Position numbers and translations under genes: made by a program. Below, one piece after another: positions 12,252-24,912 of a stretch of 64,000 nucleotides of DNA. Location of the stretch: contig OZ025677.1 in NCBI GenBank assembly GCA_964019335.1, forward strand, positions 556,252 through 620,251. Direction: 5' to 3'. Within the stretch, counting starts at the first letter, position 1; each line of letters opens with the position of its first letter. This DNA is from Diplonema japonicum. Its lineage: Eukaryota; Protista; Euglenozoa: Diplonemea. A model generated the notes under the pieces. That model worked only from the letters and a program-made list of their open reading frames with translations, did not search any database and was not told the origin of the DNA.

Positions 12252-13271
12252 GAGCTCGTCCGGAAAAAAATGTCAACAAATGACCCTCCTATGCGGCGTA
12301 AAACCCCCGTTAAATTTCTAAGTAAAAAAGTAGCCCGACACCACTTTGTGTGCAGAAATGCAGTCTAAGCTTGAACACCATATAGGTCAAAATGCTCGCC
12401 GTTTGTTTTATTTTTAAAGGACACGTGCAAAAACATGTTTTTAGAATGGTTTTTGGCAAACGATTCAATTTGGAAGTTACAAATAACCCAGACTCCATTT
12501 TCTATTTTCGTTTTTCGGTGAAAAGCGATAGGAGGAATGGATGCAGATTGAAAATCTGTGAAACCTTTGGGTGGGCTGGACTCTAAATCACTATTAAAAT
12601 GGGGTGGGGAGAACTTACCCTTAAAGTGCCATTTTGGCCTATTTAAGGCTAAAATCCCTTTAAAACCCCTTGAAAAAGCAAAATTTTCACTTTTAAAGTA
12701 TTATGAGTGCAAAAGAAAAGGAAAAACCTCAGCAGATGGGTAGGGAATGAAAGTTTGACCCCAAAGATACCAATGTCGAAGCTCTGCATGAGCAGGCAAG
12801 TGTTAAGAATTGGTTTTTCTGAAAAAGGCCAAAATCCCTTAAGAACCCCTTGAAAAAGCCAAAAAATAGGGTTTAAAAAAACCGGATTTTCGGGGGGCTA
12901 TGCGGCGCCATATATTTTTCGCTAAGTACTTTTAACAGTAACCCGACCCTGGGTTGTACCCAGGGGTCACAAGTGCGCTTGAACACCAATTTTATGCACC
13001 CTAGATGCTGCATTTTAAGCAATGAAATTGCATTTTAAACATTTTTCGCCGTTTTTTTGACCTCTATTTTTCGCTTCCCGGGGGCAGCCGGTTGCAAAGC
13101 CTGCCACCCTCATGGCAAAACAAGCATCGCAATTGAAAGAACGGCGTCACGTACACCATGTATGTCATCTTCCTATGGTTGCATGCTACCCTTTTTTTGC
13201 TCAAATAATCAAAACAAGAAATTTTCGGAGGTGCCCAAAAAAAGTGTTGACATTTTCGTCCGGACGAGCTC
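12252..13271. mobile_element. MITE family A, copy 1 (~1.0 kb, non-coding)
   Basis: TIRs GAGCTCGTCCGGA...AAAATGTCAACA at both ends, ATAT on both flanks; second copy at 28902-29837. Confidence 0.85.
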
Positions 13272-16248
13272 ATATATTATCTTCATATGTTCTAGAGACA
13301 AAGAAACAAAGAGCAAAAGAAGAAAAAAGCTTTTGATGAGGGGGGAAGGGGAAAATACTGATAGGAGCGGTGTAAGAGATTCTCTGGGAGGGGGGCGAAA
13401 TTTCGCATTTGCTTGGAGTGTGCCCAGTACACTGAGCATAGCTGTGAGATGTTGTAAAGTCCTCCAAGGAAGAAGAACAAAACAAAAAAAAAAGAAAGAA
13501 GAAAAAAGCAAAAAAAGGGTGTGGCAGTTCCCTTTGTATGACTCCAATGCTTGAGCGAACAAAAAAGCTGGCCTCTGCCCTTTTTTTTTGCTTTTTTTTT
13601 TTTCTTTTTCTTTTTTCTTCTTTTGTATTTTTTTTTCTTTTTAAACGATATTTCTTCCTAATTGAGGGAGAGAGAGAAAAGAAAATTAGAAAAAAAAAAA
13701 AAAAAAACTATTGATTTCCATGTAACCAAAGTATACAGGGCAGCGCTGCGGTAAATGTCAAACAGAAAAACCAGAAATTTGTAAAAGTTGTATTTTTTCA
13801 ATTAAAAAGAAAAAAAAAAAACATTTTCTGAGACCATAAAACACGGAAAAGAGCACTTCAAGGTATAACTTACAAACAACAACTAATTTTCTTTTTTTTT
13901 TTCCTCTCGGTTTCTTCAAAAAAATTATTGTAATCTCACTCCTGTAAAAAAAAAGTGGGGAGGGCTCATCAAAAGAAATAAAAATACTGTCTCAAAGTAA
14001 TTCCTCATTCTCTACAATGCAACAGCCTCAGCTACATAAAAAAAAAAATTAAAAAAAGCCGGTGGTAGACAGAAGCAATGTAGAGAAGGGAAATGTAAAC
14101 ATTTCTTCTTTTTTTTTTTGACTATTTTCTTTCTTTTTATGTCGTTTCGGGACACTTCCCTCTCTTTTTAAACTTTTTATTTCTTCTTTTTTTTTTTTTT
14201 CGTGTCAATTTTTTTTTTTTAATTAAAAATCAGGAGGGGGTGTGGCTCCAGCTAATGAAAGTGGAAAAAAAAAAAAAAAAAAAAAAAAAAAGTCAGGGAA
14301 AAAAATATTAAGGATACGTTTTATTCTTTTTTAATTTTCTTCTTTTTTTTTTTTTTTATAAAAATATATTTCAAAAAAGAGCAACCAGATTTGAGAATAT
14401 GTGCTGACTGTGCTTACCGGATATTGACTTGCTGCCAAGGGGGCGCCTTTACCGAAGTACAACGGCAAAGTAGGATTAGTACACTAATATTTTATTCCGG
14501 ACCGGAAGAATAATGGGACTTTTTCTTTTTCTTTTTTTTTTTCTCGGCACAACATAGTGTTTCCAAACTCAGCAGCTCTTAGATGAAAATCACTTTAATA
14601 TTCTTTTCGTTTTTCTTTATCCTTTTTTTTAAAAATGTGTGGAACAATCGAGTTATATGTACATGCCGGTGTTGAAAACCTGGGGGGGGGGGGGGAAATA
14701 AAGAGATTATGACACCATGGCACTTTTTTTTTTTTTTCTTTTATTATACTAATGTTCGCGCACTTTTTTGTTACAAAAAAAAAAAAAAAAAGAATAACAA
14801 AAATCGTTCGTAAAAAAAAAAAAAAAAAAGAAAAAAAAGAGCAAAAAAAATTCTAAAAAAAAAAAAAAAAAAAGAAAATGCTTAGGTAAAAAAAAGAAAA
14901 ATTTAATTTTGGTGACAGTAATAGGCAATGAAAATACTTAAAGGGGGGGAGAGAAAAAAGATTTTCTTCCATCGGGGGGGGGGGGGGGGGGGGGATCTCT
15001 TTACCGGTCTCCAAGGCTAAAAGCCTCTGGCCGACTCGAATTCAGAGAGCCAAAGCGACAGCATAACGATCCTGTCGATCATGCCCCACTAGCCCCGGAC
15101 GCAGTCGTTTCCCTTTTCTTTTTCTTCTTTTTCAAACATTTGCACACTGAATAAATAATAATCTGAAACGCGTTGCCTGTAATATTCTAACCTTCACTTT
15201 CAAATTTTGTATTTCGCATTGCACTTAACCACTAAACCCACATGTCATATATAAATATATGACACTAAAAAAAAAAAAAAAAAAAGAAAAAAAGGAAAAG
15301 GTGACAACAAGGAATACAGAAACTCACCGATAGCCTATAGTGTTTTTATGCTTTTTTAATGTCAAAAATCATAAGGTCAAAAAGCCAGCTCAGGGTGAAT
15401 GTCTCCAGAGGTCACTTCTCCATAAAAAAAAGAAAACTTTTTTGTATGGTTAAATACTGCCATTTTTTTTTTTTTTTTTTTGAATTACTTTTTCGGTTAT
15501 TAGCCCTGTGGGCTTAGTGGTTTAAAAAAAAAAAAAAAAAAGAAAAAAAAAAAGAAGGTTAAGAAAAGTCAAAACTCCGGATAGATTACTAACTTCAAAA
15601 AAAAAAAAAGAAATCGGTATTGCACAAGGAAAAAAAAGGGGGGGGAATACACTCCCCCCCCCCCCCCCCCCAGCTGACACGAGATTTTTTTATTAAAGAA
15701 TTGTCTTCTTTTTTTTTTTTTCTTTTTTAAAAGTGGCGCTAAAAAATGAAAGGGCACAACCCAGACACTCCAACTAGCCGCCGTAGGGTCAAGAGTACCT
15801 CAGCCATTGCCGAAGAGGGTAAAAATAGAAAGTGTTTTTTCTTTTTCTTTTTTTTTTTTTCCTCTTTTTTTTTTTTTTTAAATAAAAAACTTACGTTGAT
15901 AAGGTGCAAAAGGCTTGTCAAAAAAAAACAAAGATATCTCGAGCAAATAAAAAATAATAATAATAAAAAAAAGTGCCAAGCAAAGGAGCATTACACTAAG
16001 AAAAGGGAAAGGGATTTCTGAGGGGGGGATAAAAAAAAAACATCATATTTCTGTCTGTATTTCTCGCATCGTACTTACGCTCATCTCAAAGGGGAAAAAG
16101 ACAAATAGCTTCGGGGAGGGGAGGGGGGGGAGGAACTAGAAAAAAAAAAAGAAGAAGAAAAAAAGAAATATAAAAGAAGGAGCCTAGTTTAGGTAATTAG
16201 TAATTATAACGAAAAAGAAAAAGGGAAAAAAGGGGAAGAAATAACTTG

Positions 16249-16301
<53 letters not shown>

Positions 16302-16601
16302 GAAAAAGGAAACTTTAAGGGATCACATAGATGGAGAACAGAGAGTACATATTACCCCATGTTCCTAGTCGAAAAAAAGAAGAAAATAATTGTAAATTAA
16401 AAAAATAAAACCCCCCCACTGAGAAGAAGGGATTTTTCTTACTTCTTTTCTTTCCCCCCCCCATTTTTCATTTTATTCTTTCGTTCTTTTTTTTTTTTTT
16501 TTTTTTTTTTTCCCTCGTTCCACGGAGCAGCAGGTGATGAAACATTGTTCCAGAACCTTGTTTTTTTTGGGGGGGGTTTTTTTTTTTAAATCTCTTGGTT
16601 C

Positions 16602-16628
<27 letters not shown>

Positions 16629-16633
<5 letters not shown>

Positions 16634-16742
16634 ACTGGCCGTTGTTTGTACATGCCGGGTAAAAACCTGGAGAAGTTTGTAAACCCGAAACACGTTGCCA
16701 ACGTTCCCCTTTTGTATAGACAAGTCAAAGACTCGTTTGTCT
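16629..16742. repeat. Short interspersed repeat family C (~115 bp)
   Basis: gaggaactggccgttgtttgtac...gacaagtcaaagactcgtt; six copies in the window. Confidence 0.85.
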
Positions 16743-17004
16743 ATAAAAAAAAAAAAAAAACCAACCCGTTGGTCTGGAACAATATTCCCCTATACCTCCA
16801 TAGAGATGTTTTCATTTCTTTTTTTTTTTCTTTTCTTTCTGTCATGAAAGTTTAAAAAAAAAAAAAAAAAAAGAAGAAGAAGAAGAAGGGAAGAAACCTT
16901 TTCACTATGTCTTGCAGTTGGTAGTACTTTTACTTTTGCGTAACCTCCTTTTTCTTTTTTTTTCTTGAAAAAAGGAACCATGCCAAAAAAGAAGAAAATA
17001 GAAA

Positions 17005-17115
17005 GAGGAACTCACCATTGGTCTGTGCTGGGTAGAAACCAAAAAGTTTGTCAACCCGAAACACGTTGCCAACGTTCCCCTTTTGTTTAGACAAGTCAAA
17101 GAGTCGTTCTTGTCT
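17005..17115. repeat. Repeat family C copy
   Basis: Same consensus, diverged left part. Confidence 0.8.
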
Positions 17116-17424
17116 AAAAAAAAAAAAAAAGAAAAGAAAAAAAAAAAAAGAAAAAAGAATATGGCATTACTTTTCACTTCTTTGAAAACGAAAGGCGGAG
17201 CTTGATCAAGGGAGGACCCAAGGGTGCATTATTTTCGGATTTCTTATTTTCTTGTGACTACTTCTTTTGAGGTAAATATTGAGAGAAAAAAAATGGGGGA
17301 AGGTATTGTGAACTCGCACTTTTGTGCAAAACCCAAAAAAAAAAAAAGAAAAAAAAAAAAAAGAAACATCACGAAAGGGGAAGAGGTTTCTTTGAGATTT
17401 TATTTTTCTGTTCTTTTCTCATTT

Positions 17425-17457
<33 letters not shown>

Positions 17458-17731
17458 CAGATTTTGGCAGATTTCTTTCTTTTTAAGTTCAACTCTTTTT
17501 AAATTCTAAAACCATCTTTTGCGTCACCAATGCACCAGGTCAGGAGGCGAGAATGTGCACAGGAAGTGTGCCAGAGTCCGTTGTTCGTGATGAGGTGATA
17601 AAATATCTGTAAAATCTGGGAATAGAAGAAAAAAAAAGGTTCTTCTCTTTGAATAACTCACACGTCACCTTTCGAAAAAAAAAGAAAAAAAAACTCAAAG
17701 TACAGGACAAGCCCCCCGCTAGAGGGCCGCC

Positions 17732-17763
<32 letters not shown>

Positions 17764-18209
17764 CCTCACATCCTGCATATGCCCAAAACCGCTATTATCA
17801 GCACCTCTTTTTTTTTTTCTCTTTTTATTTGAACAAGACGAACGACTTGCAAAGGAAAGAAGGAAAGAAGAAAAAAGAGAGGAGGAAAAAAAGGAGAAAA
17901 AAAAAAAAGGAACTTCGCACCACAGAGATCTGGACTTCCTGTGGCAAGAAAAGAAGAAAAAATATTTTTTTAAAAAAAAAAAAAGTACCCCTCTCACACC
18001 TTACAGAATATACCAGTAAAGACCGGGCCCGTTCATTTTTTTGAAAGAAAACAAAAACTCTCCTTTTTTTTCCCCCCCCCCGTCCAAAAAAAATGGTTAG
18101 TAAAAAGATTTCTTTTTTCTTTTTTTTTGGACAAAGTATATGTTCGGGCCTCACTTCTTTCTTTTTTTCCCCCTCCTTCTAAAGGAGAGGGAAGGGAAGG
18201 AGGGGTAGT

Positions 18210-18247
<38 letters not shown>

Positions 18248-18588
18248 TCTTCCCTCTAATTTTGTCCCGTTCAAGAAGAAAAATGACATGGAAAGATAAC
18301 GCAGAAGATACGCACTGTCTTCCTTCGAGACTTAACAGAGGGTGCGAGAGAGGGTCAAGTATACACAATCTACAAATCTTATGAGGGGGGGACTGTGGAT
18401 GTAGAAACAAAAGGGATAAAACTCATATCCACCCAGTTGAACTTTCACTCACTACGCTGCTTTCTTATCCTCTTTTTTTGTTTCTTTTTTTTTTTTTTTT
18501 TTTTCCCTCAAAAAAAAAAAAAAAAAAAAAAAAAGAAGAGAGAAGAAAGACAACACGCGAGTATTACGCAGGCTGCAGAGGGTCTTTA

Positions 18589-18635
<47 letters not shown>

Positions 18636-19369
18636 AAGAAAAAGTAGAGGGAAAGAGGAGAAAAATAAAAAGAAAAGAAGAGGACAAGAATGTAAAGGTC
18701 AGTTGATTATACGGGGGGGAGGAAAAAAAAAAGGGGAAAGAAAACAACAGCGAGACTGACAGGAGGTCAAAAGGGTCTCAAGCAATAAAGGAAAAAAGAG
18801 AAAAGAAAAAAAATTATTTTTTTAATAAATAAAGAAACAGAACAAGAATAAGTGCCTTTTTCTACTGCCACTGGCATTCAAAAAGCTGGATGAATAATAC
18901 GTTCAAAGGGGTCACTTACGGCCTGCGGAGAGCGGCGAGGTATCTAGAAGATAAAAGAACAATAACATAAAACTCATTTTTGTCATCATCTTTTCTTTTT
19001 TTTCTTTGTTAAAGATACAGACAAAAATTTGAGCTTTTATTTTTTTCTCTCTTTTTCTTCCCTGCCCCATTCCGATTTCTTTCCCCCCCCCCCCCCCTCT
19101 TCTTCTTTGTATTGCTTTTATTTTTTTAAACCGAAACAGAAAAACAAAATCAAAAAAAAAAAAAAAACATGGCTTTTTTTTTTTAAAACGACAAAAGATT
19201 CTGTCATTTTCGAATTCGAGGAGCACGTACCTCACAAAAAAAAAAAAAAAAAAAAAAAAGAGAGAGAGAGAGACACAAAAATGGTATTTATTTTTGGTCA
19301 CACATAAAAAAAAATAAAAAATAAAATCTTTTTTCTCCCTTTTGTTTTAAAACTTTTTCAGTAACGAAA

Positions 19370-19482
19370 GAGGAACTGGCCGTTGTTTGTACGTGCCGGG
19401 TAAAACCTGGAGAAGTTTGTCAACCCGAAACACGTTGCCAACGTTCCCCTTTTGTTTAGACAAGTCAAAGAGTCGTTCTTGC
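19370..19482. repeat. Repeat family C copy
   Basis: Near-consensus copy. Confidence 0.85.
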
Positions 19483-20084
19483 AGAAAAAAAGGCATGAGA
19501 TAGTCTGTCGTGAGGCAAAAAAACAAAAAAGAACTATGATAGGAACGAAGTGGTTAGCAACGACCCGCGAAAAAAGTAATATGGTAATAAGGTAATAAAC
19601 TTGTAGTGTAAATTTTCCGCTCGAGTCAGGGGAAAAAAAAAAAGCAAAGGAAAGCTTGCAAACTTTTTTTTTTTTTTTATTTCGCCTAAAACTATTGTCT
19701 TTTGGTAAAAGAATCATCCTGTGGTTTCCATAGACATTAACGGCGCGCTAAATAGGCACATGTAAAATAAAATATAAAAAAAGCAAAGTCGGGCCCCTCC
19801 CCCCTCCTCCTCTTCCTCCTCCATTGTATTCTAATACCTCTTCTTCGGGCGGCCCTTCAGGCTGGCAGCCTTCTCCTGCTGCTTAAATCTCCTGCAAAGA
19901 CTCCTGAAAGGGAAAACCTTAAGTTAATAAGGAATTTGAGTTTCAAAAAAACTTTTTTTTTTTTTTTTTTCCAGTTCCATTTTTTTTCCATTTTTTTTTT
20001 TTTTTTTTTTTTTGGCAGATTTTTCAAAAAATTTCAATTTTGTACAATGAAAAAAAAAAAAAAAAAAAAAGAAGATAAATTACA

Positions 20085-20350
20085 GGTGTGCAGGGTGGGT
20101 GCTCACCGTTCAGAGAAGAATTCACACCAATTGGTCACTGTTCTGCGGTTGTTGTCTGGTGGTGGCTGTTTGTCGCGATGAGATGGACGGCACCTGAGTG
20201 TCGGCCCCCAAGACGTTGTAGGGGTGTGTACCCTTGTCTTGGTGCTGGCTGAGAAAGCACTCTTTCCCTACTTCCTGCCTGCGTACCATCTAGGTTTTGC
20301 TACGTTCGATTTCAACAGCTCCACCGCTACCGATGTGGAACTGGTGTACT
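20085..20350 (-). mobile_element. Degenerate LINE 3' remnant (family 2-like)
   Basis: Shares ggtgggtgctcaccg, ttctgcggttg and atggacggca with 2034-2150, and gtgtgtacccttg / cagctccaccg with 38595-38790. End stubs also occur at ~263-286 and ~30423-30452. Confidence 0.55.
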
Positions 20351-22159
20351 TCTTATATTTCCAAGTCATGCCCCACCACAAAAAACTTGTGAAAGATTGG
20401 TTTCTTCCTTATAGCTGTATTTTTCCTTTTTTTTTTTTAATTAATTAATTAAAAAAAATGCAAAAAAAAAAAAAAAAAAAAAAAGAAAAAAATGTAGTGG
20501 TTTCTTCATTGTTCCTTGTTCTTTCCATTTTTTTTTTTTTTTCCTTTTTTTTTTTGTGCATATATAAAATAAGAGGCATAAAGATTAATCGCGAAAGTGA
20601 AATTTTGTTTAAAACAAGTTTCGCAGATTAATTTTCTTCTTTTTTCTTTCTTTTTCTTTTTTGTAATTACAGGCGGCAACCTCCTGTGACCGTCTTCTTC
20701 TTAAAAATGAGGAAAATAAGAGGGGGGGGGGAGGGGGGCGAGGTGTTTTGTTAACTGCCGGGAAAATAGGGGGGACAAAAAAAAACCAAAAATAAGATGG
20801 GGAGAATTTAACTTTTTTTCTTTCCGGAAAAAAAAAAACTTATGGGGGGTAATACTTCCAGTCTTTTCACTTAGAGATAGAAAATAAAAGAAACTAACCT
20901 CCCCCCCCATAATAAAACCTTTGGAAAGAGAAAAAAAAGGTTTTCTTCTTCTTCTTTCTTTCTTTCTTTCTTTCATTTTTATGAGGGCTTCCTTCTTTTT
21001 TTTTTCCTTTCTTTTTTTTCTTTTTAAAATATTGAGAAATACCAAAATAGAATTCGTTCGAGTTAATATGCCCACGCAATGATGAGCAAAGGCTATAAAA
21101 AAACGAAAAGAAAAGTAGAAAGGAGACAAAAAAAAAAAAAGAGACATTTAGAAAAAAAAGAAAGAACTAGTTTGGCCTCCCGCTCTTTTTCTTTTTTTCC
21201 TCTTCTTTTTTTGCGAAATAGGTCAATGAGAATAGAGATTTTGCATGTATCCCTAAACTTCAGGTTTTTTTATCCTGATGCCAATCACTCGGCATTTGTC
21301 CTTTCTTTCTTTCTTTTTTTTTTTTTCTGAAGCTTTTGTGACAACAAAAAAAACAAGAATAAAGAAATGTTTTTTTTTTTTTTTTTTTTTGCTTTTTCCC
21401 ACACTTTTTATTTTAAAGAGGGGGTTGGGGAGGGAGGGAGGGAGGGGGAGAAACGAGAAATTTCCTTTTTTTGGTTTTTTTCTTTTTTTTTTTTTGGTTG
21501 AATTTTTCTTTTTCTTTTTTTTTTTTTTTTTCTTTTTTGGAAGTATAGGGTTTTGCGATTTTGTTGTTGTTTTTTTTTTTTTTTTTTTTGGCGGTTGGGG
21601 GCAGGGAAAATAAATGGAGAGAGAAGAAAAAGAGAGAAAGAGAAAAGGAAAGGAGGCTAAAAAGGAGCAACCAGCACTCAATATGGCTCAACCCGAGAAA
21701 ACGGGAGCACATTCTTTGAGAAGTATGACCCCATTTCTTGAATGAGGGAACTGAGTGCGGTTTTCCATTCTGTTGTTGCCCAGCCTTTGAATAATAAAAA
21801 AAAAAAAAATAGACTAACTTTCAATAAGAACAAATAAATAAAATAAAAAAAAATAAAAAAAGAAAAATAGATATAGTAAGCGGGTGGAGGGAGGGGGATA
21901 TAAAAAAAAAAAAAAAAGCTAAGGCAACAAAAAAAAAGGGGGGGATTTTGTTAAAAAAGATTAGGTGCCCTGAAAGCAACCAGAGAATTTTTTTGAAAAG
22001 AAAAAAAAGGGGGGGGGTGGGAGGGAATGGAAACAAATAAAAAATAAAATAAAATAAAAAAAAGCCGTATCGCAGAAAAAGGGAAAAAAAATAATATTAA
22101 TAGAGCCGCATTTGAGAAACAAAATACAAGTCCAGATTTCCCCCCTTGAAAACAGGGGG

Positions 22160-22190
<31 letters not shown>

Positions 22191-23550
22191 TGACACAACA
22201 TTCGTTGTGTCTAATTGCAAAGGACCGCTGCGACACTAAAATGGCGAACTGTCACTTTACTAATAATTTAACTGGCAAATTATTTCAATAAATGCGGCAA
22301 TATAAAAAAAATAAGGTAGTTTTTTTTTTTTTCTTTTTCTTTTTTTTTTCCTTTTTTTTTTCCCCCCGTTCTTTTACAAAACCCCTCCTAGCATCCCAGT
22401 TTAAAAAAAAAAAATTTTTTTTTTTCTTCTTTTTTTCTTTTTTTTTAAACTGGACATCACAAACACAAAATCCCTTTTTTTTTGTATGTGGAGAAAAAGC
22501 GATTGAGTAAAGTAACGCAAAAATGGGTTTGGGAAGTAAGAAGAGAGGGGCAAATAAAAAAAATGGAAAACTTCCCTGTTGCAGGCAAGGTTGAATAACT
22601 TAAAGAAAAGAAAAGGGGGGCAAAAGGAGGTGAGTGGAGGAGAAAAGGAGCAGAGTATTAAGATAATGAAAATAAAAAAAGGAGGGTAAGAATTTAAAAA
22701 AAAAAAAAAATTACAACAATATAAATCTTGGGCAAATGAGTGGCTTTTTCTTTTTTACAAGGACAGAAGAGAGAAAGGAGAGGGTGAAAAAAAAACTTCT
22801 TTTTCTTTTTTGTTTCATGAGAAATTAGCTAGAGTGAAAGGCTTTACTGCCGCAGCAGTCGGCCCCAGTAGAAAAACTGTACTTAATCACAATGAGAAAG
22901 ATGACCCAAAAAAAGAAGTAAGCGCTGTATTTCTTGCGGTAAAATTGGGTAGGGGTTTTTGAAAGCAAGTTTACCACCTCCCAATTGTCACCTCTACCAT
23001 TTTACTTTTTTTTTTTGACGATTATTAGAGAAAGGAGAAAAAATATAAGAAAGAAAAAGTAGAAAAGCATCTGTCACCTTTTCTTTTTGTTCGAAAAATT
23101 ATCCCGCAAAAACCACAGGATGTATAGTAAACCTGCAGTTTTCCTAACGAATATTCTTGCTAATACAAAAAAAAAAAAGTTCTTCAGAAGAAAAAGAGAA
23201 ACTCCCCCCTGTATTTCTGTATTTTTTTTAATTTTTTTCCCCCACATTTTATTTTTTTCCAAACAACAATGGGAGGAGAATTACTCTCTTTTATCATTTA
23301 AACTCTTTTTCTTTCTCTTTCTTATCCCCCCCCCTCCCCCTCCCCCCTTTCTCACTTTTCTTCTCTTCGAAAAAAAAAAACCAGCCCCTCTTTTTATCCT
23401 TTTCCTAACTAATAAAAAATCTTTCACTATTGCTATAGGTGAACCAAAATAGCAACAGCCCCCCCCCCCCCCCCCCCCCCATAAATAAATAATAAAAATA
23501 AATTTGCATTTTCTTTTTAAAGAAAAGGAATCACCCGAAGAAGTAAATAT

Positions 23551-24659
23551 GGGTAAAATTCAAAATAGGGGTACAGAATTTAGCCCTTTTTTGGATTTGG
23601 CCATAAAATGACCTAAGGTGAGGAAGAACACCTCACGGTTGTCACCAAAACCACCCTGTGGGCCCATTCCTGGGTGACAACAGTGATTGGCGCACGTATT
23701 TTGGGAATATTTCCCTGTTTTTGTGTGTTTTTGGGCCCTTTTTGGGACTTGTCAAGAATGGACAGATTCTCCTGTTTTTCGTAGGTGCGCCAAAAAAATG
23801 GAAAAAATACATGTTTCAAAGTTGAGTGGGGGTGGGTTGTACCCAGAGGTGTCGCAGGGTGTGAAACATGCCATTTCCACACCCCAGGGGGGTCATTTTA
23901 TGAATCAGAAAAAGAACTGGAAACCCCTGACACCCCCTGTCACCCCCCCCTGTCATAGGGGGCACCCCCTGACACCCCCTATGACAGGGCTCAGAACACC
24001 GTCCTTTTGACATGTTGCATGTCAAAACACCATATTTTACCCCAAAAACACCGAAACACCACGAATACCACCCCATGGGACCCTTGAAAACATGTCTAAA
24101 ATCGACTTTGCAATCCTGGAAGGGGAGCGGTTTATGGCCAAAACTCAGGTACAAAAGCGCCAGTTTTGCAGCTTGAAAACAGAGGAGATTGAGGAGTTAC
24201 GTAAGACATGGAAACTGGACAAATCGAGTTTTAAATTTGTTTCTGCAGCATATTAAGAACACAACACTCTTAAGAAAGGCTGGAAAGAGGAAAGAGGTTC
24301 AGGTGCTTCAAGTGCAGCCACACAACAGAAGGTTGCGCATTGTCTCGAGAAGGTTCTGTGTCGTCAACAGAGTCAAGCCCCGTAAGTCCTGCAAGTCCTG
24401 CTAATGAAAGTCCGCCTGAACAATCGCAAACAAGGTGCAACAACTTGCAGCTGAGTATAGTAACCCCATTTAGCGAACGGACCAGAGGGCGAGCTGATCG
24501 TCCTCAGTTTTATAATCAAGCTGGGTTCGCATTTCTGGGTTTCACTGCCCATTATTTAGAAGGCAAGGAAACAAAAGTCCATCACTTTTACTTCTTATTA
24601 AGGCCCCACATCAGGGCAATCCAGGGCTAAATTCTGTACCCCTATTTTGAATTTTACCC
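23551..24659. mobile_element. MITE family E (~1.1 kb) with perfect 37-bp TIRs
   Basis: GGGTAAAATTCAAAATAGGGGTACAGAATTTAGCCCT at 23551-23587 and its exact reverse complement at 24623-24659; ATAT on both flanks; no credible ORF. Confidence 0.9.
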
Positions 24660-24912
24660 ATATAAAAAAAAAAAAAAAAATAAAGAAAAAGAAAGCTGTT
24701 TGCCACAATGGCAAAATCTTCTTTCTCTCCACCCCCTTTTTTTCCTTCTTTTTTTTGTATAAAAACAATATTTAATTCCCCCCCCCCCCCTCATCCAAAA
24801 CACACTAAAGAGAGAGAAAAAAAGAAAAAAAATCACGAGAACACGTCATCAATTAGGACAAAAAAAAAAGATCTTTTCAAAAATTAACTTTATTATTATT
24901 ATATATATATCA

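Noticed and set aside
19370-19482. Hammerhead ribozyme (retrozyme) in family C
   Set aside because: Has CGAAAC and stems but no CUGANGA core or correctly placed cleavage triplet.
9984-23500. Numerous F/K-rich ORFs in the ORF track
   Set aside because: Translations of poly-A/poly-T tracts with no coding signature.
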